From an uncultured Aquificaceae bacterium (lineage in GTDB: Bacteria; Aquificota; Aquificia; Aquificales; Aquificaceae): a DNA stretch of 61,465 nucleotides. How positions within the stretch are numbered: position 1 is the stretch's first letter; every line of letters begins with the position of its first letter. The stretch covers positions 1 through 61,465 of the forward strand of contig CALIUI010000083.1 of the NCBI GenBank assembly GCA_938048815.1. The letters run 5' to 3'. The position numbers and the translations under genes were made by a program. Below are positions 1 through 8,625 of the stretch, in pieces. Under the pieces are notes generated by a model. It searched no databases. It saw nothing but the letters and a program-made list of their open reading frames with translations, and was not told where the DNA came from.

Positions 1-151
1 TGAATAAATCCGTTAAAGGAACTTCGGGGAAACCCTTGATATTCCTATCTTATAAGTCAATTGGCAAGCTTATAAGCTGGAAAAATCTACCTCGTTTAAG
101 TTATTGATTGTAGCCCTTTTGAAAATTTATGCACCAACGCCCACCAATGCC
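1..151. mobile_element. Family B MITE copy (left end cut off by window edge)
   Basis: 1-141 aligns by eye along its length with 16620-16761; ends ATTTATGCACCAACGCC and is followed by a second partial end CACCAATGCC (142-151). Confidence 0.8.
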
Positions 152-190
152 ATTTTAGCATAGTTTTAAATTGGAATTTTTGAAACATCC
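152..190. mobile_element. Family C element end fragment abutting the nadK stop codon
   Basis: ATTTTAGCATAGTTTTAAATTGGAATTTTTTGAAACATCC is a near-exact reverse complement of 7091-7130. Confidence 0.7.
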
Positions 191-1006
191 TTATCCCCAT
201 CTTAACTTCTCCCTTAGTATCTCAAAAAAGCTTCTTTTTGGATTGGGATACATAAAACAGTAAAAGTCAGACTTTTTGACCACTACACTATCCCCCTTTT
301 TTAAGCTTAAGCCCTCTTGGCCGTCAAGGGTAAGGTAGGCACCTTCCGAGAGGTTTTTAAGAGTTATCTCAAAAGAGGGTGGCAAGACCAAAGGTCTGTT
401 GGATAGGGTATGGGGGCATATGGGTACAAAAAGCAAGGCTTCTGACATGGGATAAATTATGGGACCTCCTGCTGAAAGGGCATAGGCGGTAGAGCCCGTT
501 GGAGAGGATACTATAACACCATCTCCATAAACCCTCAAAACATGCTCTCCTTGTATAAAAACATCCACCTCCACCATACGGGCAAGGCTTTCTTTTGATA
601 AAACTACGTCGTTGAGAAAGTCGCCCATACTTTTCTCTTCTCCTTCCCTTTTTAGAATAGCCCTTAACATCATCCTCTTTTGAGGCTTTACCTTTTCCTT
701 TAATACCCTCAAAAGGACCTCTTCCATCTCTTCCCTTTCCACCTCTGTAAGGAAACCGAACCTTCCTTCGTTTATCCCCAATATAGGTATAGAATACTTG
801 GCTACCAAACGAGCACCTGCCAAAAAGGTACCATCTCCACCCACCACCACCAACAGCTTTACATCTTCAAGGCTTGGTTTTTCCAAAAGATGCCTTTTGT
901 TTATGAAAATCTCCACTTTGTGCCCTTCTGAAGATAGAAACTCTTTAACCCTTTGGGCTGTCTCCACAGCAGAGGGCGTATCCTTTACAAAAAGGAGAAC
1001 CTTCAT
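191..1006 (-). CDS. nadK: NAD(+) kinase
   Basis: GGDGT, GRFGFL, LND and SSPTGSTAYALSAGGP motifs. Confidence 0.95.
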   Translation of the reverse strand: MKVLLFVKDTPSAVETAQRVKEFLSSEGHKVEIFINKRHLLEKPSLEDVKLLVVVGGDGTFLAGARLVAKYSIPILGINEGRFGFLTEVEREEMEEVLLRVLKEKVKPQKRMMLRAILKREGEEKSMGDFLNDVVLSKESLARMVEVDVFIQGEHVLRVYGDGVIVSSPTGSTAYALSAGGPIIYPMSEALLFVPICPHTLSNRPLVLPPSFEITLKNLSEGAYLTLDGQEGLSLKKGDSVVVKKSDFYCFMYPNPKRSFFEILREKLRWG

Positions 1007-1566
1007 AAAAGCCTGTCTATTATCTCACATAGCACATGGCCGAGGGTTATGTGGCACTCTTGGATCCTTGGTGTGTCATAGGAGGGCACTACAAAGCTAT
1101 AATGGGCTATATCTACCACCTTTCCTCCTTTTCTTCCCGTAAAAGCTACGGTGGTTGCTCCAAGGTGGTGGGCTTTGATTAGACCCATTATCACATTGGG
1201 AGATTCTCCAGAGGTGCTTATGCCTATAGCTATATCCCCAGGCATGCAAAGGGCTTCTATTTGCCTTTCAAAGATATGTTCAAAGCCATAATCGTTGCCG
1301 AGGGCTGTAAGGATAGAGGTATCCGTGGTTAGGGCTATGGCGGGCAAAGGTCTTCTCTCCTTTCTAAACCTTCCCACTATCTCAGCCACTATATGTTGGG
1401 CATCTGCGGCGCTTCCACCGTTCCCAAAAAGTATAATTTTGTTGCCACTTTTTAGGGCTTCTGCCATTATTTGACCCACTTCCAATATCCTTTCTCCATA
1501 GATCTCCACAAAGGCAAGCTTTACTTCTGCACTTTCCCTAAAGGAGTTTATAACAAGGTCAAGCAT
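1003..1566 (-). CDS. gmhA: D-sedoheptulose 7-phosphate isomerase
   Basis: GNGGSAADAQH, NDYGF, ISTSGES and PRIQECH motifs. Confidence 0.95.
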   Translation of the reverse strand: MLDLVINSFRESAEVKLAFVEIYGERILEVGQIMAEALKSGNKIILFGNGGSAADAQHIVAEIVGRFRKERRPLPAIALTTDTSILTALGNDYGFEHIFERQIEALCMPGDIAIGISTSGESPNVIMGLIKAHHLGATTVAFTGRKGGKVVDIAHYSFVVPSYDTPRIQECHITLGHVLCEIIDRLL

Positions 1567-2455
1567 CCCTTTTCCTTAAATCTCCTACCGTTAGTTTGTT
1601 CATAAGTTTGAAAAACTCCATAAGCTTTTGCTTGTGATATTCCTCTTGGTTTTCTATGAAAGTAAATAGCCTTTTTATCTCTGGGTCTTCTGTAATGCCT
1701 TTTTCCCTTGTGTATTCTCCCCCAGTTTCTTGTTCGTAGGTTATCTCTGATTTGACCTGCTGCTGCAGGTCCTTTAGTGGCTTTGGAGAAAAGTCTATCC
1801 TTTCTATGTTGGGCATGCCACCAAGCTCTCCTATCTTCTCTCCAAGCTTTCCCATATGTACCATGCTTTCTATGGCAAGGTCAAGCATTATGTCCTTGTA
1901 GTCGCAGTTCTTTGAATGGAAAAACTGATAAAGGTAGTTGATGATGGTTTGATATTCTTCCTTTAAAAACCTGTTTAAAACTTCTATTGTCCTTGGGTCT
2001 CCTTTTCCTTCTCCTTTGGGACATATTAAGCCTTCCTTTACCTTTTCAACAAGCTCTGAAAACTCTATCCTGTGATCTTCTTCGTCCTTTATAACCCTTT
2101 CAAGAAGTCTCTTTACAGAGTCATCTTTCACCATATTAAGCTGGCTTGTGTATATTCTTATGGCCTCCTCTTCCGCATTAACATCCTTTGATAGCATATC
2201 CGCCCAATCTGGTCCCCCTATCACTATCATATCCTCTATCCTGTCAAGGACCACCTGCCCGCCCAACTGAACCACCTTTTGGGCAAACCATTTAAGGTGT
2301 CTCATCTCTTGACGTGCTATCTCCTCTATCTCTGAAGTTATATTGCCATCGCTTATAAGGAATATATGGTACAGGTACTGCACTACGGCGGAATGTTCAA
2401 GGGCTACATCATAAAGAAGTAGGTTTATAGTTTCTCTTTTATCCATCTCTTTCAC
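1559..2455 (-). CDS. Tandem ferritin-like (bacterioferritin/rubrerythrin-type) di-iron protein with putative C-terminal encapsulin targeting peptide
   Basis: Two repeats of E..A/T..QY/NY...EMRH/SMVH...E...EEDH/EEYH; C-terminus LTVGDLRKR. Confidence 0.8.
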   Translation of the reverse strand: MKEMDKRETINLLLYDVALEHSAVVQYLYHIFLISDGNITSEIEEIARQEMRHLKWFAQKVVQLGGQVVLDRIEDMIVIGGPDWADMLSKDVNAEEEAIRIYTSQLNMVKDDSVKRLLERVIKDEEDHRIEFSELVEKVKEGLICPKGEGKGDPRTIEVLNRFLKEEYQTIINYLYQFFHSKNCDYKDIMLDLAIESMVHMGKLGEKIGELGGMPNIERIDFSPKPLKDLQQQVKSEITYEQETGGEYTREKGITEDPEIKRLFTFIENQEEYHKQKLMEFFKLMNKLTVGDLRKRDA

Positions 2456-4110
2456 CTCAAACCTATTTTGTATACCTTACTAATATATTCACTAACCATC
2501 CTGTGGGTGTTGAAATAAGCTCCTATCGTGGCTATGCTGTTTTTCATAAGCTTTACCCATTGGTCTTCGTGTCTGTAATAGGTGGGCATTATTATGTAGG
2601 CTAACTTGCTGTATAGGTCTTCAAGGTCTTCCTCGTCCTTGGATTCGCTTATATCCTGCCAACTTGGTTTTGGACCTATACCCCAGCCGTTTACGCCCTC
2701 AATGCCTCCCTCTAACCACCAGCCGTCCCATGTGGAAAAGTTCAAAACTCCGTTCATGCCTGCCTTCATACCACTGGTACCGCACGCTTCAAGGGGTCTT
2801 TTTGGATTGTTTAGCCATACATCGCACCCCGCTATCAAAAGCTTTGCCATCTCTATGCCATAATTTTCCAAAAAGGTAATTTTTAACGCCTTGGTTCTTT
2901 CTCTTATGATCTTCATAGTTTCAAAGATCCTCTTTATCATCTCTTTGCCCATTGTGTCCTTTGGATGGGCCTTTCCTGCAAAGATTATCTGTATCTCTCC
3001 TACCCTTTCCCCTATGTGTATAAGCCTGTCTATATCCCTAAGGATTAAATCGTTTCTCTTGTAAGGTGTTATCCTCCTTGCTATGCCTATGGTGAAAACA
3101 TCGTCGGAGAAGCTTGCATCCGTTTCCTTATTAACTAAATTTACTAATTCGCTTTTTATTCTGTTGTGTGCCTTTAAAAGGATCTCCGAGGGTATATCGT
3201 AAGCCTTCTGAAGTAATATAGGGTTTTCATCCCATCCGGGTATGTATTCATCGAAAAGCTCTTGGATTTCCTTGTGTATCCATCTTTTGTGATAAACACC
3301 GTTGGTGACGTATTCTACAGAGGCTATATCTGGGAATATGTTTTGAGTGACATAAAGATGTTTATGGGATACGGCGTTTACCTTGTCGGAGTACCTTGAG
3401 GCAAGTACCGATAAATTCACAAAGCCATCAACCGTTTCCTTATCCCAATCTATGTTATCGTAAGCCTTTAGTTCTTCTTTTATCACATCCACCGGGAATC
3501 TATCATGACCTGCAGGCACGGGCGTGTGGGTGGTAAAGACGCATCTTTTTTTTACCTCCTCAGGGCTTGAAAACTCCTTTAGGAGCTCCACCACCAAAAA
3601 GGCAGAATGGCTTTCGTTCATATGATAAACATGTATGGGATAGCCTAAGGCTTTTAGCACCCTGTAGCCTCCTATTCCAAGGAGGATCTCTTGCCTTAGC
3701 CTGTAGATGCCGTCGTCAAAGTAAAGCTTGCCGTTTAGCTTTCTTATCTCTGGGTCGTTGCCCTCCACGTCTGCATCAAGGAATAGGATCCTCACATTCC
3801 CCTTTGAACGAAGCCAATACTCCCAGCATATCACCTTTTGTCTTTTATCTCCAAAGAAAACTTCCACCTCAAGGTCAAGTCTTCGCAAGTACCTTTTATA
3901 ATCCCAAGGGACGTCAAAGTCCAACTGCATACCTTGGGAAGTTATTTTCTGTAAGGTATAACCTTTTTTGTAAAGGAGTGTTATACAAACTGCGGGAATA
4001 TCCATGTCCGCATAGGAATAAAGGGTATCTCCTGCAAGTATTCCCAACCCTCCACTGTACGTGGGCATGCTGTCTTCAAGCCCAAGCTCCATAACAAAGT
4101 AGGCTATCAT
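2452..4110 (-). CDS. glgP: Alpha-glucan (glycogen/maltodextrin) phosphorylase, short form
   Basis: YSGGLGILAGD, HMNESH, FTTHTPVPAGHD and EACGTSGMK (PLP lysine) motifs. Confidence 0.95.
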   Translation of the reverse strand: MIAYFVMELGLEDSMPTYSGGLGILAGDTLYSYADMDIPAVCITLLYKKGYTLQKITSQGMQLDFDVPWDYKRYLRRLDLEVEVFFGDKRQKVICWEYWLRSKGNVRILFLDADVEGNDPEIRKLNGKLYFDDGIYRLRQEILLGIGGYRVLKALGYPIHVYHMNESHSAFLVVELLKEFSSPEEVKKRCVFTTHTPVPAGHDRFPVDVIKEELKAYDNIDWDKETVDGFVNLSVLASRYSDKVNAVSHKHLYVTQNIFPDIASVEYVTNGVYHKRWIHKEIQELFDEYIPGWDENPILLQKAYDIPSEILLKAHNRIKSELVNLVNKETDASFSDDVFTIGIARRITPYKRNDLILRDIDRLIHIGERVGEIQIIFAGKAHPKDTMGKEMIKRIFETMKIIRERTKALKITFLENYGIEMAKLLIAGCDVWLNNPKRPLEACGTSGMKAGMNGVLNFSTWDGWWLEGGIEGVNGWGIGPKPSWQDISESKDEEDLEDLYSKLAYIIMPTYYRHEDQWVKLMKNSIATIGAYFNTHRMVSEYISKVYKIGLR

Positions 4111-4126
4111 AGGGTTATATTTTAAC

Positions 4127-4319
4127 AGGGTATTTCAAAAATAGCCCATCTTATAGGACTACCGCCCTTGCCCCCTTTAGCAGGAGCTCGTGCACATACG
4201 GCAGATGACCATCTTCTCTTTAGGTCTTTTAGCAGGGCTAAATCTTTGTTGCTAAGTAAGATGAGCTTAGAGCATATAGTTATTTTGCCCGTCTTTTATT
4301 AGGGTTTTTGAAACAGCTT
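4127..4319 (-). mobile_element. Family C element: TIR-bounded internal-deletion derivative joining the 5' and 3' ends of a tnpB-related gene
   Basis: Ends AGGGTATTTCAAAAA and TTTTTGAAACAGCTT; minus strand 4289-4190 reads GKITICSKLILLSNKDLALLKDLKRRWSSAV, then joins the conserved 3' block. Confidence 0.75.
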
Positions 4320-4616
4320 CGGGTCTGGTGTGTCAAAGAGTTCTTCGTTCCTTTCTACCACCTTTTCCTCTATCGCCGCCGGTATGGGACCTGCCCATTT
4401 TCCACTTTCCAAGCTGGCTATGGGCTTGCCTTTTGGCGCATGTTTGCCAACTGCCTTTATCCTCACATTCACCATCCTACCAGCTCTGGTTTGACCTATA
4501 TCGGTGGCGCCCACCCTTACAATGTCATCGGGCTCAAGTTTATACCAAACTTGGTTTTCTATATCGTAGTAAAGGTCTGGGGGTATTTTACAGCCTTTGT
4601 ATTCTATTTGACTCAT
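4299..4616 (-). pseudogene. GcvH/LbpA-like lipoyl carrier protein, C-terminally truncated by family C element
   Basis: GCKIPPDLYY, VRVGATD and LESGKWAGP lipoyl-Lys motif; ends at FDTPDP where the TIR begins, so the usual N.DPYG.GW tail is missing; start taken at MSQIE. Confidence 0.8.
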
Positions 4617-5154
4617 AGAGAAGTATTTTACAGGAACGTTCAAGGACAGAAATATGAGAATAAGCATAAAAGGGCTCCAAGTCTGCGGAAAAGACACCAT
4701 GAGACCTAACTATTACCAACTTGGAATCCACAAGGGCTTCCGCCACAGTCCTTGCAAGCTCTATGCTTCCCGAAGGGCAGGAATCTATGACCTTTACACT
4801 TCCTATAAGGTCTTTTCCCTCGGAATCTATGAGGGTTATAAGGTCTTTTTCAAAGGATAAAACAACCGCACAAAGGGGATGGGCATGGACTAAGCACCTG
4901 TAGGAAGTCCTTAGATAAACCTCTCTATGCACGGGAAGCTCCGAGGAAGCCCTATCTTCAAGGATATGGCTTTTAGAGATATGGACCTTTATAAAGTCCT
5001 CTTCTCTTAATCTTCCAAGATGGCTACCTCTTCTTGTGATCACCATATCCTCTTCAAGCCTGTAAGAAAGGTTGCCAGCCCTTGCATCCACCAAGCCCTC
5101 CTTGTAGAGAAGCCTGCCAATCTCCATTAGCTTTTTAAGGGCTATCTTCTCCAT
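4588..5154 (-). CDS. Class II aldolase/adducin family protein
   Basis: GNLS, ASSELPVH, HAHP and HGV zinc ligands. Confidence 0.9.
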   Translation of the reverse strand: MEKIALKKLMEIGRLLYKEGLVDARAGNLSYRLEEDMVITRRGSHLGRLREEDFIKVHISKSHILEDRASSELPVHREVYLRTSYRCLVHAHPLCAVVLSFEKDLITLIDSEGKDLIGSVKVIDSCPSGSIELARTVAEALVDSKLVIVRSHGVFSADLEPFYAYSHISVLERSCKILLYESNRIQRL

Positions 5155-6509
5155 AGCAAGCTAAAGGCTACATAAAAGGATACACTAAAGGCAAGCCCCA
5201 CAAGCAGAGCAAACTCACTTTGGAAAACATACTCAAGGATAGCCCAGCTAAAAAAGCCCGATAGCATGGAGGCAATGGCGGAAACAGGGTTTGAACCTTT
5301 AAAGTAAAGCCCAGCCACCAAAGGCACAAAAAGGGAAACAAGGCTTAAAGCGGAGGAGCTTCCCACAAGGTGGTATATGGACTCTCCAGAGAGGGCAAAA
5401 GCCAAAGAGATAAGGGAAACCAAAAGAACGCAAAACCTTGTAAGCCAGAGAAATCCCTTGTCGGAAAGGTCTTTTATGTAAGGCTTTATAAGATTTTCAC
5501 TAAGCACAGAAGCGGGCGCCAAAACTGCGGCGCTTGCCGTACTCATAATAGCAGAAAGCAGGGCTCCAAAGAAAAGTATCTTCGTGGGAAGGCTTGCATG
5601 CTCCATTATCATAGTGGGAAGCATAAGCTGAGGGTCCAAGTCTAAAAGCTCTGGATATTTAACCCTTGCAAAAACAGCCAATATCAAAGGTATAAAAGCC
5701 ACCGTTAGGTACATAAAGCCCCCCAGTATGGCAGAAAGCACCGCCACCCTTTCGCTTCTTGAAGCCATAACCCTTTGAAAAACATCCTGTTGGGGTATAG
5801 ACCCAAGCCCTATGGTGATCCAAGCGGATATATAAAGGAAAACATCCTTTAAAGTTGCCTCTGGTAAAAAGCGGTAATATTCCATAGGTTGGGATTGAAG
5901 CATCGTAGATACCTTAGAAAAACCAAAAGATACCTCATAAAGAACCGCCACAAGTCCTACGATTATCATAATGGTCTGGATAAAATCGGTTAAGGAAACC
6001 GCCCACATGCCGCCCAAAAAGGTGTATAAAAGCACCACACCAAAGCCCACAAATATTCCCCACACTTGGGATACTCCAAGAACCAGATGGAGTATTATGC
6101 CAATGGCTACCGTCTGGGCAGCTATCCAACCAAAGTAGGAAAAAACCATCATAAGGCTTGCCACCACCTCTGCCCTTCTTCCATAAATTACCCTGTAGAA
6201 ATCCCCCATAGTAAGGAGGTTCATTCTGTATAGGGGCTTTGCAAAGAAAAGCCCTATCAGTATAAGACAAAGGGCTGCGCCAAAAGGGTCTTCTATAACT
6301 CCTATTAGACCTTCCTTTGCCATAACAGAGGAGGCACCAAGGACCGTTTCAGACCCAAACCATGTGGCAAAGGCAACAAAGGTAGCCATAAAAAGGGGAA
6401 GATTTCTACCCGCCAAAATATAATCCTTTGAATTTTTTACAAAGGTGCTCGCCAAAAGACCAATAAAAAGGGTACCCAGAATATACAGGAGGATGAACCC
6501 CAAAAGCAT
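5142..6509 (-). CDS. Sodium:solute symporter (SSS) family protein
   Basis: DYILAGR, ATWFG, YTFLGGMWAVSLTD, QRVMAS and SAIMST motifs; many TM segments. Confidence 0.92.
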   Translation of the reverse strand: MLLGFILLYILGTLFIGLLASTFVKNSKDYILAGRNLPLFMATFVAFATWFGSETVLGASSVMAKEGLIGVIEDPFGAALCLILIGLFFAKPLYRMNLLTMGDFYRVIYGRRAEVVASLMMVFSYFGWIAAQTVAIGIILHLVLGVSQVWGIFVGFGVVLLYTFLGGMWAVSLTDFIQTIMIIVGLVAVLYEVSFGFSKVSTMLQSQPMEYYRFLPEATLKDVFLYISAWITIGLGSIPQQDVFQRVMASRSERVAVLSAILGGFMYLTVAFIPLILAVFARVKYPELLDLDPQLMLPTMIMEHASLPTKILFFGALLSAIMSTASAAVLAPASVLSENLIKPYIKDLSDKGFLWLTRFCVLLVSLISLAFALSGESIYHLVGSSSALSLVSLFVPLVAGLYFKGSNPVSAIASMLSGFFSWAILEYVFQSEFALLVGLAFSVSFYVAFSLLWRR

Positions 6510-6518
6510 GCAACTATT

Positions 6519-7090
6519 TTATGAAATTTTCTCCAAAGGTTTGCCCTTTGTTTCCATACCTTTTATAGCCCAAAGAAGGGGAGCAAGGGCTCCAGAGAGC
6601 CTGCCAATTCTTCAACCTTGCCCTTTGAAAGAAGCCACCTTGGAGATTCGGGCACATACAGCCTTATAAAAACCACAAGCAAAGCCAAAAGACCACCCAA
6701 GAAGTAGGCAAAGCGCCAAGCAAAGGACTCCTCCATAAACTTTAAAAGAAGGATGGCGCTCAAAGATGCCATCAGGCTGCCCAAGTTCCAAAAGGCTGTG
6801 ATGGCACCATCCACTTTCCCACGATGACGAGAGGGAACAAACTCGTCTATAGCGGACTGTATGGCCGCAAACTCCCCACCAAGCCCTGCACCCGCCAAGA
6901 GCCTAAATAGAAGTGCCATCTCAAAGCTTTGGGTAAGGTACCGCCAGAATACAAAAGAAGGGTAAGAAGAAAAAGCCTTTTCCTGCCGTACTTATCGGCA
7001 AGGTAACCAAACAAAAGAGAGCCCAAAAGAGCCTCCAGAAGAAAGCCACCTACCATAAGAGAGCTTTGCTGTGATGTCAATTCAAGGCTG
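6519..7090 (-). pseudogene. MFS transporter remnant (frameshifts, internal deletions, 5' end replaced by family C end)
   Basis: Fragments GYLADKYGRK, FRLLAGAGLGGE, VPESPRWL and C-terminal METKGKPLEKIS lie in different frames; only ~570 bp remain. Confidence 0.85.
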
Positions 7091-7130
7091 AGGCTGTTTC
7101 AAAAACCTCAATTTAAACTATGCTAAAATT
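7091..7130. mobile_element. Family C element end fragment
   Basis: AGGCTGTTTCAAAAACCTCAATTTAAACTATGCTAAAAT; matches 152-190 in reverse. Confidence 0.7.
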
Positions 7131-7132
7131 AT

Positions 7133-7256
7133 ATGTTGGGTGAAAAATCTCACTTTTTATCGGTAGCGCAGGCATTCCTGCCTGCGACAAAAAACAGGTT
7201 GGGAGCCTGAACTACCAGAATTTTAAATTCCTTGTGGCGGTAAATCACCCGCCCCG
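7133..7256. repeat. Family A REP-containing MITE (one end lost)
   Basis: ATGTTGGGTGAAAAAT end, GTAG-CGCAGGCA-ttcc-TGCCTGCG hairpin, CAGGTTGGGAGCCTG hairpin. Confidence 0.8.
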
Positions 7257-7286
7257 GTGTGTGTATGTGTATTATTTTATAACTGT

Positions 7287-8618
7287 ATGAAAAAGAGCAA
7301 AAGCTTTTTTGTCTGTCAAGAGTGCGGTTATTCAAGTCCTAAGTGGTTGGGCAGGTGTCCCTCCTGTGGCTCATGGAACAGTCTTGTGGAAGAGCTAGAG
7401 CTTCCTAAAGCTCCTTCAAATAAACCCTCCCAAACTCCAAAGCCTATTTTAAGCTGGATAGAGGAGCTTCCCCATAGGTTAAGTACGGGCTTTTCAAACC
7501 TTGACGAAGCCCTTGGTGGTGGGCTTGTAAAGGGACAGGTGATACTCTTGGCGGGAGAGCCGGGCATAGGTAAATCTACCCTTCTTCTTCAGCTGTCAGA
7601 TAAGTTCTCCAAATCCTATGGGAAGGTACTTTATATATCCGGAGAAGAATCCCCCTCTCAAATTGGTATGAGGGCAAAGAGGTTAAAGGTCTCCTCGGAG
7701 GACCTGCTTACCCTTCCCGAGACAAACCTTGAAGCTTTGATAGAAGTTGTTAAAAGAGAAGAGCCCTCTTTGCTTGTGGTGGATTCCATTCAAACCCTTT
7801 ACAGTTTGGAACTCCAATCCTCTCCAGGCTCGGTGGCTCAGGTAAGGGAGTGTGCCTATAAGCTTTCGGAAGCCTGTAAGGCTTTGGATATACCCCTCTT
7901 TTTGGTAGGTCAGGTGAATAAGGAAGGTCTTCTGGCAGGTCCAAAGGTATTGGAGCACCTTGTGGATACAGTCTTGTACTTTGAGGGGGAAAGGTTTAAC
8001 TTCTACAGGGTTATAAAGATTGTAAAGAATCGCTTTGGTGCAAGCGGGAACGTGGCGGTTTTTAAAATGTCCAACTATGGCCTTGAAGAAGTACCAGAGC
8101 CCTCAGCCTTTTTCCTACAGGAAAGGGTGATTTCCCCCGGGAGTGTGGTTTTCCCCCACACGGAAGGCAGTAAGCCAGTACTCCTTGAGGTACAAGCCCT
8201 TACCATCCAAGCCCTTTATACCACACCCCAAAGAAGGACCCAAGGCTTTGACCCTAACAGGCTTTCCCTAATATTAGCTGTGCTTGAAAAGGAGGCGAAG
8301 ACCTTTACAAGGGATAAGGATGTTTTTGTCAATTTGGTGGGTGGGGTAAGGGTGGAAGAGCCCGCTATAGACCTGGCGGTAGCCCTTGCAATAGTTAGCT
8401 CAGTAAAGGACAAGCCCATAGAGGATTTTGTGATCTTTGGAGAGCTTGGTTTATCGGGGGAGGTAAGGGCGGTGCATTTTGCGGAAGAAAGGATAAAAGA
8501 GGGTCTAAGGTTTGGATACAAAAAGGCTATAGTGCCAAGGGGATGCGCCCTTGAGCTGGAGGACATAGAGCTGTTTTCCATAAAGCATATAAAAGAGGCT
8601 ATAGAAATCCTAATATAG
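7287..8618 (+). CDS. radA: DNA repair protein RadA/Sms
   Basis: C4 zinc finger CQECG..WLGRCPSC, Walker A GEPGIGKST, KNRFG; start moved to MKKSK. Confidence 0.96.
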   Translation: MKKSKSFFVCQECGYSSPKWLGRCPSCGSWNSLVEELELPKAPSNKPSQTPKPILSWIEELPHRLSTGFSNLDEALGGGLVKGQVILLAGEPGIGKSTLLLQLSDKFSKSYGKVLYISGEESPSQIGMRAKRLKVSSEDLLTLPETNLEALIEVVKREEPSLLVVDSIQTLYSLELQSSPGSVAQVRECAYKLSEACKALDIPLFLVGQVNKEGLLAGPKVLEHLVDTVLYFEGERFNFYRVIKIVKNRFGASGNVAVFKMSNYGLEEVPEPSAFFLQERVISPGSVVFPHTEGSKPVLLEVQALTIQALYTTPQRRTQGFDPNRLSLILAVLEKEAKTFTRDKDVFVNLVGGVRVEEPAIDLAVALAIVSSVKDKPIEDFVIFGELGLSGEVRAVHFAEERIKEGLRFGYKKAIVPRGCALELEDIELFSIKHIKEAIEILI

Positions 8619-8625
8619 TTTAAAC

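Noticed and set aside
4111-4140. TTGAAA in the family C TIR as an outward -35 for glgP
   Set aside because: Spacing to the candidate -10 hexamers is 8 or 13 nt, not ~17.
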